Positions 50,043-60,400 of a stretch of DNA of 64,000 nt are shown here, piece after piece (the first letter of the stretch is position 1; the number at the start of each line of letters is the position of its first letter). Source of the DNA: Deferribacterales bacterium (GTDB lineage: Bacteria > Chrysiogenota > Deferribacteres > Deferribacterales > Geovibrionaceae). A model generated the notes under the pieces. It did not search any database. It saw only the letters and a list, made by a program, of their open reading frames with translations, and had not been told where the DNA came from. A program made the translations under genes and the position numbers. Location of the stretch: contig JBFWMA010000011.1 of the NCBI GenBank assembly GCA_050251875.1, positions 1-64,000 on the forward strand, read 5' to 3'.

Positions 50043-52421
50043 TTATGCCCCGCTGTTTTTCATATCATTCACCAGAGACCTGTAAACAGTTCCGTAAAAC
50101 ATGTCTATATACCTTCCGGTCTCCTCTCTGTCCAGATTGGACACATATTTCCAGAATCCGTATACTCTCGAAAGTTTCAGCAGTTTTTTAACGTATATGT
50201 CCCATGTGTAGCGTTCCTTCACACGGTCTATGGCGGCTTCGGATACTCTGTTCCACAGCTCAGGATCCTTTTCGCAGTTTTTAAAAAACTTCAGAATGAT
50301 TCCGGACATCTCCTCCTCGTCATTGGGGTTGATGTGATATCCGCATCTGCCGTTGTCTATTATCTCCAGCGGACCGCCGTATTTTGTGGCGAACACTGGC
50401 AGACCGCTCACCATTGCCTCTATCACCGTCAGACCGAAAGCCTCGAATATCGCCGGCTGAACGAACACTCCGCCGTTTTCGGCTATATATCTGTAGAGCT
50501 CGCCAGCCACGGATTTATTCAGATGCACTCCGAGCCACCTTACTCCGCTGTCCAGCCCATATGTATCAAATAGCTGGTGCATCTGTGAAATCTGGTTTCT
50601 CTCCTCTTCGTCAGAGGATGAGTTGATATCCGTGTTTCCGGCTATCACCACCAGATTGGCTTTGTCTCTCAGCTCCTGGTCAGCGCCGAACGCCCTCACC
50701 AGTCCGGTGATGTTCTTCACCTTGTCCAGTCTTGCCATGGTGAAAATCAGCCGTTTTTCGCCCTTCTCTATCTTTCCTCTGCTCTTCTCGTCCGGATCGC
50801 CGTAAATCAGCCTTTCCAGCTCGGCGTGGGCGTCAAAGAGCCTCTTGTCTCTCTCTGTGTATGGAAAGTAAAACATATCGTCAGCTCCGGGAGAGACAAT
50901 GTTGAATTTCGGATCGAACACGTTGATTCCGTTCACCACACGGTAGAGGTCGGGCAGTGTATAGTCGCTGTAACTCTCATACTGTCCCATGGATTCCTTC
51001 GTTCCCGCTATCTCCTGATAGGTGCTGGTGATGATGAAATCGGCGGAATTCATGCTGATAAGGTCGGCTGTATACTGCACGGAAAAATTATATTCGCTGT
51101 TGTCTTTCCAGTAGAGATCGCTGAAAAGATATTTCGCCTTTTCCAGAGCATGGGCGATGTTGCAGTGGGTTATATGCAGTTTTTTCGCTATCAGATACGC
51201 AGACAGGCTTCCGTCCGAATAGTTGCCTATGATTAGGTCGGGGCGTTTTTTAAAGAATGAGACTATCTCGCCCGCCGCCTCGGATGAAAATCTCTCCATA
51301 TAAGGCCACACGGAGAATCTGGATATCCAGTGGCGCACTATCTCGCCGTTTTCATATCTGAACGGTACCCGCAGAATCCACACATTGTCCGTGCCGTATA
51401 CCTTCTCCTCACGCTGGGCGCATGTGGTCTCTCCGCACTCCGGAATCAGGCGTGTGATTATCACTATCTTGGGAACTATATCGAGTCCCTGCATATAAAT
51501 CTGATGCTTCATCTCTTTTTCCAGAGCCTTCACCTTGTCCAGAATATAAACTACCTGACCGCCGGTGTCGGGCAGACCCAGCACCTTCTCCTGTCCGAAG
51601 AAGCCGTGGGGAGACATCAGCGCTATATCAAATATCATCGGGATATTGCTCAGAAATTTTTCCAGCGTCACATGGTCCGGCGCTTCCAGAATGTCCAGAA
51701 GCAGGTTGAACATAGACTCTATATCACGGGCATAGCGCCCCCAGCCCGGGCGGAAACCGAACCCGGACAGCGTCTGTGAAACGTCTATCCACTGGGCTTC
51801 ATCCGGCTGTTCGGCTATGAAAGCCGCGCCGTCATGCAGACTCCTCTTCAGCTCCTTCACCGTGCCGATGCTCTTGTCTATCAGAAGCTGGGAGTCACTG
51901 CATTTATGCAGCCGCATGAACTCCAGAAGCTGTCCGGCGCCGTCATTGCCGTTGGCAAACATGCGCCCGGAGAGCATCCTGTTCAGAAACTCAACGCCTT
52001 TTCCGATGGATTTTATCTCTTTCATCTTCGGAAAATCCCTGTTGAACGGGCTGAAATCCAGCTCCAGCATATAGTCGCTGTCGGAGCTTCCGGTCACTAT
52101 CTGTTCCTTCACTAGCAGATATGACGAAGCGTCCGACTCATACGCCGTAAAGTCGTTGGCATTTATAGTCAGATAAGACCAGATACCGATATTATTCCTT
52201 ATCATCAGATGGATGAACGGATCTCTGAACGTCATCTCCTGCGTATATTTCGACAGGCTCTTAAAATGTTTCAGCTCTCCGGGACACTGACCGCACAGCT
52301 CCTGAAAGTCGCTTTTCAGGATGAACGTTTTGCCCAGTTCCCTCAGCATGCTGAAAAAAGCGAACGCCTTCGGTCTGTTCTCCGAAAGCTCCGTGGTTAT
52401 GTCCTCAGCGAATCTGCCCAT
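50043..52421 (-). CDS. Sucrose synthase (GT4)
   Basis: SPHG.FGQ..VLGLPDTGGQVVYILD, HALEK, DFIITSTYQEIAG, FEAFGLTV. Confidence 0.95.
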   Translation of the reverse strand: MGRFAEDITTELSENRPKAFAFFSMLRELGKTFILKSDFQELCGQCPGELKHFKSLSKYTQEMTFRDPFIHLMIRNNIGIWSYLTINANDFTAYESDASSYLLVKEQIVTGSSDSDYMLELDFSPFNRDFPKMKEIKSIGKGVEFLNRMLSGRMFANGNDGAGQLLEFMRLHKCSDSQLLIDKSIGTVKELKRSLHDGAAFIAEQPDEAQWIDVSQTLSGFGFRPGWGRYARDIESMFNLLLDILEAPDHVTLEKFLSNIPMIFDIALMSPHGFFGQEKVLGLPDTGGQVVYILDKVKALEKEMKHQIYMQGLDIVPKIVIITRLIPECGETTCAQREEKVYGTDNVWILRVPFRYENGEIVRHWISRFSVWPYMERFSSEAAGEIVSFFKKRPDLIIGNYSDGSLSAYLIAKKLHITHCNIAHALEKAKYLFSDLYWKDNSEYNFSVQYTADLISMNSADFIITSTYQEIAGTKESMGQYESYSDYTLPDLYRVVNGINVFDPKFNIVSPGADDMFYFPYTERDKRLFDAHAELERLIYGDPDEKSRGKIEKGEKRLIFTMARLDKVKNITGLVRAFGADQELRDKANLVVIAGNTDINSSSDEEERNQISQMHQLFDTYGLDSGVRWLGVHLNKSVAGELYRYIAENGGVFVQPAIFEAFGLTVIEAMVSGLPVFATKYGGPLEIIDNGRCGYHINPNDEEEMSGIILKFFKNCEKDPELWNRVSEAAIDRVKERYTWDIYVKKLLKLSRVYGFWKYVSNLDREETGRYIDMFYGTVYRSLVNDMKNSGA

Positions 52422-54549
52422 AATCCCCTCCCTCTACAAAATTAAAATGTTTTATTCCCTCTAAAATGCCCTCAGAATACTCCGCCCCGGCGAAATATAT
52501 GTCCTCTCTGCCTCTGAGCCTCTCCAGCTCCGTGCTGTAGTTGCCCACCACCACGGATTTGTTGTTGCCTTTCAGCATATCCTCATCGTTGCCGGAGTCT
52601 CCCGCCACCAGAATATTTTCCGGCTCTATACCCCACTTCATGCTGAGATATCGGACGGCAAGTCCCTTGGACGCTCTCAAAGGCAGGATATCCAGATACT
52701 GTCCGTGGGACATGAATATCTTCACCCTCAGTCCGTTCTGTCTGAACATCTTTCTCAGAACAGACGGTTTAGGGCATTTTTTGTCGTAATAATAGCTGAC
52801 TTTGAACTCTCTCTGTTTCACGCTCTCCTGAATCTCCACTCCCTCGATATCCTTCATCAGCTCACGCACGGTGTCCGGATTCCAGAAATAGTTCAGGTGT
52901 TTGCGCCAGCCCTCGTCCGGCTTCATCTCGCCTTTGTTGTAATAGATTTCCGACCCCACCGCCGTGATGAAGAAATCCGGAAACGGAACGTCCCACTCCT
53001 TCAAGGCTTCCACGGCGCTGTCCAGCCTGCGCCCGGTGGCAACACCGAAACCGATGCGCCCCTTATTCTCTTCCAGAGTCTTCAGCAGTCTTTTCAGCGA
53101 TGCTTCATCCCCCAGCAGAGTGTTGTCTATATCCGTGATTATCAGCTTTTCATATGTAGGTAGCTTGACCCTAGATCTGGCGTAAAAATTCATAACAGTC
53201 CTTTTTTTCATCAGCTGGCTGATGTTTTTCATATAGGTTTTGACGTGTCCGTCCCATGTATATTTCTGGCGGACGTTTCTGATACCGTTTTTTGACATCT
53301 TCTCATATCTGTCTCTGTCTGAGAGGATGGTGAAAAGGGCGTTTTCTATGTCGGCTGTGTCCAGCGGATTTATCAGAATACCGTTTTTGCAGTTTTTGAT
53401 GATGTCTATGGGACCGCCGTCCGCAGTGGCGGCTATAGGCACTCCGGACGCCGCCGCCTCTATGAGCGTCAGCCCGAAAGGCTCTGTGAGAGCCGGATTC
53501 ACAAACACGCCGCCCATGCTGGCGCACAGACGGTAAAACTCCGGCACCTCGTCCGATGTGTGGCTTTTCGGATACGCCGCTTTGCCATAAAGGTCATATC
53601 TGTCCACCGCCAGCAGTATTTTGTTCAGAACCCCCGCCGTGGATTTATCCATAGCGGCGATATCGTCCCTTCCGCCTGCCACTATCACCAGATTAGCCAT
53701 GTTCTGAAGCCTCTCACTTTCACCGTATGCTTTTATCAGCGACAGGATATTCTTGCGCTCGTCCGCACGGGACATGGCAAAGATAAAAGGTTTCAAAGGA
53801 TTGGTAAGAAATCTGGACAACATAGAAAACGTGGGGTTTCTGTATGCGTCCCTCCTGAACTTCGGCGGTGAAAAACGGGCAATATCCACACCGGGAGGAA
53901 TCACCGTCATCAGCTTTTCACGGTAGTTCTCATAACAACTGTACTGAGTGCTGATCTCCTGCTGTGTGCTGGCGACAACGAACAGCGCCGTGTCCAGAGC
54001 CAGTTCCTCTGCCTCTATGCGCTTTCTGATGCGGTACCTTTTGTTTATGCTCTCATACGCCTGTCCCTTTTCCATGAGTTTACGCAGTTTTTCCCTGCCC
54101 AGCGAGTGTCCGGTGAATATGTGGGGAACACCCAGCAGATTGGAGAGCACGCTTCCGCAGTATCCGGCATCGGCATAGTGTGAGTGGATTACATCGGGGA
54201 GTTTTTTGTTTTTTCTGAAATATCGGAGCATGTTGTCGTTGAAAGAATCTAGATAGTTCCAAAGGGCTTCTTTTCTGATGTATTTTTCCGGTCCGCACCT
54301 TATGCGGACTATATTCACTTTGTCCGCTATCTGTTCCGTCTCTCTGGAGTAGTCTTCGCTGACGTCTCTGTCTTTCACCAGCCTGGTGAACAGGTCTACC
54401 CTGCCCACGTCCGGGTGACGTCCCAGAGCTTTTGCCAGCTCGACAACATATGTCGTCTGACCGCCCGTGTCAGCGTCACGCCCCAGCTCCAGGTTTTCGC
54501 CCCGTATGAGCCCGTGCACGCTGATGAGCGCTATGTATGTTCCGGTCAT
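52405..54549 (-). CDS. Sucrose-phosphate synthase with C-terminal HAD (SPP-like) domain
   Basis: SVHGLIRG..LELGRDADTGGQ, HSHYADAG, PALTEPFGLT; HAD DIDNTL, VATGR, AGDSGND. Confidence 0.93.
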   Translation of the reverse strand: MTGTYIALISVHGLIRGENLELGRDADTGGQTTYVVELAKALGRHPDVGRVDLFTRLVKDRDVSEDYSRETEQIADKVNIVRIRCGPEKYIRKEALWNYLDSFNDNMLRYFRKNKKLPDVIHSHYADAGYCGSVLSNLLGVPHIFTGHSLGREKLRKLMEKGQAYESINKRYRIRKRIEAEELALDTALFVVASTQQEISTQYSCYENYREKLMTVIPPGVDIARFSPPKFRRDAYRNPTFSMLSRFLTNPLKPFIFAMSRADERKNILSLIKAYGESERLQNMANLVIVAGGRDDIAAMDKSTAGVLNKILLAVDRYDLYGKAAYPKSHTSDEVPEFYRLCASMGGVFVNPALTEPFGLTLIEAAASGVPIAATADGGPIDIIKNCKNGILINPLDTADIENALFTILSDRDRYEKMSKNGIRNVRQKYTWDGHVKTYMKNISQLMKKRTVMNFYARSRVKLPTYEKLIITDIDNTLLGDEASLKRLLKTLEENKGRIGFGVATGRRLDSAVEALKEWDVPFPDFFITAVGSEIYYNKGEMKPDEGWRKHLNYFWNPDTVRELMKDIEGVEIQESVKQREFKVSYYYDKKCPKPSVLRKMFRQNGLRVKIFMSHGQYLDILPLRASKGLAVRYLSMKWGIEPENILVAGDSGNDEDMLKGNNKSVVVGNYSTELERLRGREDIYFAGAEYSEGILEGIKHFNFVEGGDYGQIR

Positions 54550-55451
54550 AGTTCCCACCTCTTAATCAATTTTTTGTAAACTTCCGGACTGTCGGGGAGC
54601 GCTCCCCTCTGTCCGCATATTATCGAGGCGAACTCAGCGCCTCTGCTGATCATCTTATAGCTGTCCCATCCGAGCGTCAGCCCCAGCATACACACGGCAG
54701 CCATGGCGTCTCCTGCCCCCACCGTGTCCTTGAAATCAGGAACGGATATGCTCTCATGCACGCATGATATCTCTTTCGAGTGCGCTTCCGCCCCGCTCTC
54801 GCCCTTTGTCAGAAAGACAGTGTCCAGAGACAGCCTCTCCGCCAGATCCAGACAACGCTGTTCGTTTCCGCCTGTGAGTCCGTACATGGGCGAGATATGG
54901 TTCAGCTCCTCATCGTTTATCTTCAGCCACCTGACGCCGTTCAGCACTTCTGATATAAAATCCTCTGAACGCCAGATGTCTCTGAGATTGATATCGCAGA
55001 AGGTGCGGCATCCTTCCGCCTGTTTCGCTCTGTTCACTATGTCCATATTGTTGCGGTGCCTGAGAGCCAGCGACCCGTGATAAAAAAGAAAATCGCCGTC
55101 CGGAACGCTGAACGGGCTTATGGCGTCATACGCCTGATTGTCATGGATGACGAAGCTGTGCGAACGCCCGTCCATCACCACCTCTACTCTGCCTGTCTGC
55201 GCCCTGTCCGCCACAGAGACATGGGACATGTCCATTCCGGCGCTGTTCATCAGACGCAGGACGGAATCACCCAGGGAATCCTTGCCCACGGCGGTGACAA
55301 AAGTAGTTTTTAATCCGAAATTATGCAGATGCCAGCAGACATTGAACGGAGCTCCGCCTATGCGGCTCACACCGTCAAAAATATCGAAAAGAACCTCGCC
55401 GAAAATTATTATTGCTCTATATTTTTCTCTACTCATAGATATTTTATACAT
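54546..55451 (-). CDS. PfkB family carbohydrate kinase (probable fructokinase)
   Basis: FGEVLFD, GGAPFNV, DINLR, DTVGAGDA. Confidence 0.92.
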   Translation of the reverse strand: MYKISMSREKYRAIIIFGEVLFDIFDGVSRIGGAPFNVCWHLHNFGLKTTFVTAVGKDSLGDSVLRLMNSAGMDMSHVSVADRAQTGRVEVVMDGRSHSFVIHDNQAYDAISPFSVPDGDFLFYHGSLALRHRNNMDIVNRAKQAEGCRTFCDINLRDIWRSEDFISEVLNGVRWLKINDEELNHISPMYGLTGGNEQRCLDLAERLSLDTVFLTKGESGAEAHSKEISCVHESISVPDFKDTVGAGDAMAAVCMLGLTLGWDSYKMISRGAEFASIICGQRGALPDSPEVYKKLIKRWEL

Positions 55452-55543
55452 AAAATATATCCCATATTACAAATTTTTGCAACCCGAAGGGGCAGGTTTA
55501 AAAACTGTTTGACTTTACCACAGGTTTTATTTAAATTCTAACT

Positions 55544-55654
55544 GACCGCATGACTGACGCAGATTAAGGGGGAGTACCCCCGGGAAGTGCGGGTTTTATA
55601 TTTAAAAGCCGTGCGTCTGGGCTGTTCAATCATGGACTGTCCGGGCGTTTTTTT
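55544..55654 (+). promoter_or_regulatory. ZMP/ZTP riboswitch (pfl motif) with terminator expression platform
   Basis: CCGCA-TGACTGACG..GGGGG-AGTA-CCCCC-GGGAAG-TGCGG, linker, GCCGTGCGTCTGGGC (GACG/CGTC pseudoknot), hairpin plus T7; upstream of glyA. Confidence 0.88.
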
Positions 55655-55678
55655 GTTTCCGGACACTGGAGGCTTTTA

Positions 55679-56923
55679 ATGGAAGATCTTAAATCGTTTG
55701 ACCCCGAACTTTATTCCCTCATCAAGCATGAGGAAGAGAGACAGATCGACAAGATCCGCATGATCGCGTCTGAAAACTATGTTTCTCAGGCCGTACTGGA
55801 CGCTTCCGGTACTGTTCTCACCAACAAATATTCCGAAGGATACCCCGGCAAAAGATACTACGAAGGTCAGCAGTTCATCGATCCCATCGAAGTGATGGCT
55901 ATCGAGAGAGCTAAAGAGCTTTTCGGCGCTGAACACGCAAACGTACAGCCCTATTCCGGCTCACCCGCCAACCTCGCCGTTTATCTGGCGTTTGTAAAAC
56001 CCGGCGAAACCGTTCTGGGTATGGCTCTGCCCCACGGCGGACACCTTACACACGGTTCACCCGTGAGCATCACCGGAAAATATTTCAACATCGTGTCCTA
56101 TGAGCTGGACAAAGAAACAGGTCTGCTCAACTATGACACCATCAGAAAACTGGCTCTGGAAAGCAAGCCCAAGATGATCATCGCAGGTCACTCCGCTTAT
56201 CCCAGACAGATAGATTTCAAAAAATTCAGAGAGATAGCTGACGAAGTCGGCGCAATCCTCTTTGTTGATATGGCTCACTTCGCAGGTCTGGTGGCAGGCG
56301 GCGCACACCCCAGCCCCGTTCCCTATGCAGACGTGGTATCCACAACAACTCACAAAACACTGAGAGGACCCAGAGGCGGTATGCTCCTGTGCAAAGAACA
56401 GCACGCGGCAGCCATCGACAAGGCCGTCTTCCCAGGTATGCAGGGCGGACCCCACAACCACACCACAGCGGCTATCGCAGTGGCGCTGAAAGAAGCCATG
56501 CTGCCTGAATTCAAAACATACGCCGCAAACGTTGTTAAAAACGCTAAAGCAATGGCAGCAGCCCTCACAGGATACGGATTCAACCTTGTGACAGGCGGAA
56601 CAGACAACCACCTGCTTCTGATAGACCTGACAAACAAGAACATCACAGGCAAGCAGGCCGCAAAGGCTCTGGACAAAGCCGGAATCGTTCTGAACTACAA
56701 CGCTGTGCCCTATGACACACGCAAACCTTTCGATCCCTCAGGCATACGTCTGGGTCTTGCCGCTCTGACATCCAGAGGTTTCGGCGAGGCAGAGGTTAAA
56801 AAGACAGCGGAGTGGATGAACAAAGCTATCAGCAACTTCGAAAATGAAGCTGTTCTGGAACAGATCGCCGCTGAAGTTAAAGAGCTTTGCAGAAAGTTCC
56901 CCCCTCCCGGACTGAAATACTAA
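55679..56923 (+). CDS. glyA: Serine hydroxymethyltransferase
   Basis: [38 protein letters not shown]. Confidence 0.98.
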   Translation: MEDLKSFDPELYSLIKHEEERQIDKIRMIASENYVSQAVLDASGTVLTNKYSEGYPGKRYYEGQQFIDPIEVMAIERAKELFGAEHANVQPYSGSPANLAVYLAFVKPGETVLGMALPHGGHLTHGSPVSITGKYFNIVSYELDKETGLLNYDTIRKLALESKPKMIIAGHSAYPRQIDFKKFREIADEVGAILFVDMAHFAGLVAGGAHPSPVPYADVVSTTTHKTLRGPRGGMLLCKEQHAAAIDKAVFPGMQGGPHNHTTAAIAVALKEAMLPEFKTYAANVVKNAKAMAAALTGYGFNLVTGGTDNHLLLIDLTNKNITGKQAAKALDKAGIVLNYNAVPYDTRKPFDPSGIRLGLAALTSRGFGEAEVKKTAEWMNKAISNFENEAVLEQIAAEVKELCRKFPPPGLKY

Positions 56924-56936
56924 CAGCTAAATAACG

Positions 56937-56965
56937 AAGGGGCGGTTTTAACCGCCCTTTTTTTT
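56937..56965 (+). terminator. Intrinsic terminator after glyA
   Basis: GGGCGGT-TTTA-ACCGCCC-T8. Confidence 0.85.
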
Positions 56966-57151
56966 GTTCTGAGTCCGGCTTGATTCTCTTTTATCTGTAG
57001 GAATATAATAAAAATACATATACTTAAATATAATAAAATATATCTATTGCGTGAATTTACAAAATCCTTTTATTTCTCATCCATATGAGCAATTGTCGGT
57101 CTGTATCAGCTTTAACTATTATTATATCAGGAAAAAAGTCTTAACATCGGT

Positions 57152-57180
57152 TTGACAATTTACAGATTTGAACTTATAAT
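57152..57180 (+). promoter_or_regulatory. Consensus sigma70 promoter of kinase 1
   Basis: TTGACA-N17-TATAAT. Confidence 0.8.
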
Positions 57181-57206
57181 CAAACATAAATTACACAGTA
57201 GGCAAA

Positions 57207-58319
57207 ATGCCACAGGAAGCCCGGATGACAGAACACAGCAGCAACATTTTATCATCAGACACAGTCAGCATGTTAAATGCTCTGCCTTTCAGCGCGGCTC
57301 TGCTGAATAACGAATACCGTCTTATCTACGGCAACGAAGCCCTGATGGCACAGACAAATATAACGGATCCGGGGTCTGTGACGGATTCCCGTCCCGGCAA
57401 CTTCTTTAAATGTATCAACACAGAAGGCGGGCTGAAGTGCGGCTCCACCAACAAATGCTGTGACTGCGCCCTGAACAGGTTTCTGGAAACCTATGAACAG
57501 GTGAAAGAGGAAACGGCAGAGTGCCGGATAATCAGCAAGACCGACACCAGCATTATGCCTCTGGATCTCAGAATACATCTGAAACCCATCAACGTGTCCC
57601 ACAGCAACCATCTGCTCCTCATTCTGGAAAATATCAGCGAGATAAAACAGAAAGAACTGCTGAACAAAACTTTTCTGCACGATGTGCTGAACACCGCCGG
57701 AGGGCTCACATCTCTTCTGGAATATATAAAAATGTCTGGCACTGAAGAGGATTTCCCCACATATCTGAATCTGATCATCAAACAGTCGTCATATCTGGTG
57801 GAGGAGATCAAATCTCACAAACACCTTCTGAATAAAGATACCGCCAACTCTCTGGAGCATGAGAAATATTTCATATCCACAGAGATACTCAACACGGCAG
57901 TGGATATCATCAGATATTACGCCGCCATAAACAACACATCCATAGAGATGGTGCCGGACAGCGATGACGTGGTGCTTCACTGCAACTGCACCATGCTGAG
58001 AAGGGTTCTGGTAAATCTCTTTAAAAACGCTGTGGAAGCGGCGGGCAAGGATGAGGTTATTAAAGCCGGATGCAGGCTGATCGAGGACAAGGCTGTCTTT
58101 TTTATCAAAAATGACGCCGTGATGGACGAGATGTCCAGAAACGCCGTCTTCAACAAAATATACAGCTCGAAGGAGTTCGGAAACGGGCTCGGCACCCAGA
58201 GTATCAAACTGATTACCGAAAAATATCTTTTCGGAACAGTCCATTTTGAGTCTGACGAGGAGACAGGAACTATCTTTTACATATCCGTTCCTCTGGCGGA
58301 AAACGCTAAGAAATCATAG
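57207..58319 (+). CDS. Cytoplasmic PAS sensor histidine kinase with four-Cys insert
   Basis: H-box FLHDVLNTAGGL, N-box LVNLFKNAVEA, G2 GNGLGT; C-x8-C-x5-C-x2-C. Confidence 0.85.
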   Translation: MPQEARMTEHSSNILSSDTVSMLNALPFSAALLNNEYRLIYGNEALMAQTNITDPGSVTDSRPGNFFKCINTEGGLKCGSTNKCCDCALNRFLETYEQVKEETAECRIISKTDTSIMPLDLRIHLKPINVSHSNHLLLILENISEIKQKELLNKTFLHDVLNTAGGLTSLLEYIKMSGTEEDFPTYLNLIIKQSSYLVEEIKSHKHLLNKDTANSLEHEKYFISTEILNTAVDIIRYYAAINNTSIEMVPDSDDVVLHCNCTMLRRVLVNLFKNAVEAAGKDEVIKAGCRLIEDKAVFFIKNDAVMDEMSRNAVFNKIYSSKEFGNGLGTQSIKLITEKYLFGTVHFESDEETGTIFYISVPLAENAKKS

Positions 58320-58448
58320 CAGATATACCGCTGAATAACGCTCCCGTCCTCATTCGTCAGATATACTATTAGTTTACAGCTAAAAGCATTTCTCACAAAA
58401 ATATCATATTTATCAACCTCTAAAACTGATTCAAGTAATAATTTTTAT

Positions 58449-58477
58449 TTGACAATAGAGATATGGAGATATAGAAT
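58449..58477 (+). promoter_or_regulatory. sigma70 promoter of kinase 2
   Basis: TTGACA-N17-TAGAAT. Confidence 0.7.
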
Positions 58478-58489
58478 TAAGGGTCTTAA

Positions 58490-59662
58490 ATGTTTAGGCA
58501 GGCTAACATGGCATACCAAAACACTGATTATTATTTAAATAACGCCTCAATTTCAGATGAATCGTTACACTTGCTCAACTCGATACCTTTCTGCACGGCT
58601 ATACTCAGCCCTGACTATAAACTCGTTTTCTGCAACGAACAGCTTATAAAAAAACTGGGTATCGGAACTGTGCACGAGGTTCTGGCGGAGCGCCCGGGAA
58701 ATTTCTTTAAATGCGTAAACACAGCCGGGGGGCTGAAATGCGGCACCACCAACAAGTGCCACGAGTGCTCTCTTAATAAATTTATGTCGCAGTACAGCAA
58801 GGAAGAAGTAACATCAGTGGAGTGCAGAATCATCAATGTGGTGAACGAAACGATAGGCACTCTGGAGCTGAAAGTGCACCTGAGCCCCACCAAAATCAAC
58901 AACAACGACTACATAATGATGATGCTGGAAAACATCAACATAATAAAACGCAATGAAATGCTTAACCGCACCTTTCTGCATGATGTTCTGAACACCGCAT
59001 GCGGTCTGACATCCATGACAGATTATTTCGGTTTGACCGACCAGCAGGAAGATCTGGGAGATTTCGCCAGTCTTCTGAAGCGCCAGACCATGTATCTCAT
59101 AGAGGAGATCAAGGCGCACAAAGAGCTGATATACGGTCAGAGCGACTCCGCCGCTGACATCATCAGATCATACTGCCTCTCAGAAGATATTTTAAGATGC
59201 GCCATGGATGTGATAAAGCATTTTGCGGCGCTGAACAGCGTGCATATCCTGATAAACCATGAAAAGCAGGAGAACTCACTCCTCTACACAGACCCCACCC
59301 TCATCAGGCGTGTTCTGGTGAATCTTTTCAAAAACGCAGTGGAATCAGCGGACGAGAACGAAACCATCGAGGCAGGATGCCGCATCATAGACGACAAAGC
59401 TGTATTCTATATCAAAAATAAACGAGCCATGGATGAAGAGACCAAGAGCAGTCTGTTCAACAGAATCTTTTCCACAAAAGAGACAGGAAGCGGTCTGGGT
59501 ACTTTCAGCATAAAACTGCTGACAGAAAAATATCTGGAAGGCACGGTGAATTTCTCTTCAGACGAAGCGTCCGGAACTATATTCTATGTCTCCCTGCCCA
59601 CAGCCAATCCGGCGCAGGCTGTGGATGACATTATTGAATCCAAAGGACGTACTTTATCATAG
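58490..59662 (+). CDS. Cytoplasmic PAS sensor histidine kinase with four-Cys insert, tandem paralog
   Basis: FLHDVLNTACGL, LVNLFKNAVES, GSGLGT; same Cys motif. Confidence 0.85.
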   Translation: MFRQANMAYQNTDYYLNNASISDESLHLLNSIPFCTAILSPDYKLVFCNEQLIKKLGIGTVHEVLAERPGNFFKCVNTAGGLKCGTTNKCHECSLNKFMSQYSKEEVTSVECRIINVVNETIGTLELKVHLSPTKINNNDYIMMMLENINIIKRNEMLNRTFLHDVLNTACGLTSMTDYFGLTDQQEDLGDFASLLKRQTMYLIEEIKAHKELIYGQSDSAADIIRSYCLSEDILRCAMDVIKHFAALNSVHILINHEKQENSLLYTDPTLIRRVLVNLFKNAVESADENETIEAGCRIIDDKAVFYIKNKRAMDEETKSSLFNRIFSTKETGSGLGTFSIKLLTEKYLEGTVNFSSDEASGTIFYVSLPTANPAQAVDDIIESKGRTLS

Positions 59663-60275
59663 TCATAAAGTGACAGAAACTTCCCGCCAGCACGAAAAGG
59701 TGCCATATCTCATGGAATCCGAAATGTTTTGAAAAATTCGGTTTCTTCTTTGCGTATACCACGGCGCCGATAGTGTACATCACGCCGCCGGCGACAAGCC
59801 ACGCTACTCCGCCAGCCGGAATATTCTTTACTATCGGATATATAGCGGCGATGCTGATCCATCCCATGATAACGTATATCATGGTGGAGAGCCATCTGGG
59901 AGCGTATATGAAGAACAGTTTAAACACTATTCCGAGCGCCGCCAGAGACCAGACTATGCCGAAGATGCTCCAGCCCCATCCGCCTCTGAGAGGAATCAGA
60001 CAGAAAGGAGTGTATGTGCCCGCTATCATCATGAAAATCATGACGTGGTCGAGTTTTTTCAGCCTTCTGGTGCCCTTTTCGCCCAGATTGAATATATGGT
60101 AAGCGGAACTGGCAAGATACAGCAGTATCATGCTGGAACCGTATATCGAAAACGATACGATATGCCATACTGTGGCGTTGTAAGCGGAAAGCGTTACCAG
60201 CACAGAAAGAGCCGCAATGGACAGCATTGCTCCGATAAGGTGGGATATGCCGCTGACAGGATCTTTTATAACCAT
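59631..60275 (-). CDS. Hemolysin III/PAQR family membrane protein (TrhA-like)
   Basis: SSAYH, KLDH.MIF..IAGTYTP, HEIWHLFV..GS.CH. Confidence 0.92.
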   Translation of the reverse strand: MVIKDPVSGISHLIGAMLSIAALSVLVTLSAYNATVWHIVSFSIYGSSMILLYLASSAYHIFNLGEKGTRRLKKLDHVMIFMMIAGTYTPFCLIPLRGGWGWSIFGIVWSLAALGIVFKLFFIYAPRWLSTMIYVIMGWISIAAIYPIVKNIPAGGVAWLVAGGVMYTIGAVVYAKKKPNFSKHFGFHEIWHLFVLAGSFCHFMTMIKYVLWIQ

Positions 60276-60367
60276 AGTGCCCTCCTGAGGTTGATACTAT
60301 ATAATGTTAGTTTGCGAACCGATTTGTCAACCAAAAAAAGACCTATTAACACTTTTTATATATAATT

Positions 60368-60392
60368 AAAAAACCGCCCCGAGAGGCGGTTT
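60368..60392 (-). terminator. Intrinsic terminator after the DHH gene
   Basis: AAACCGCC-TCTCGG-GGCGGTTTTTT on the minus strand. Confidence 0.75.
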
Positions 60393-60400
60393 CAAGCTAA

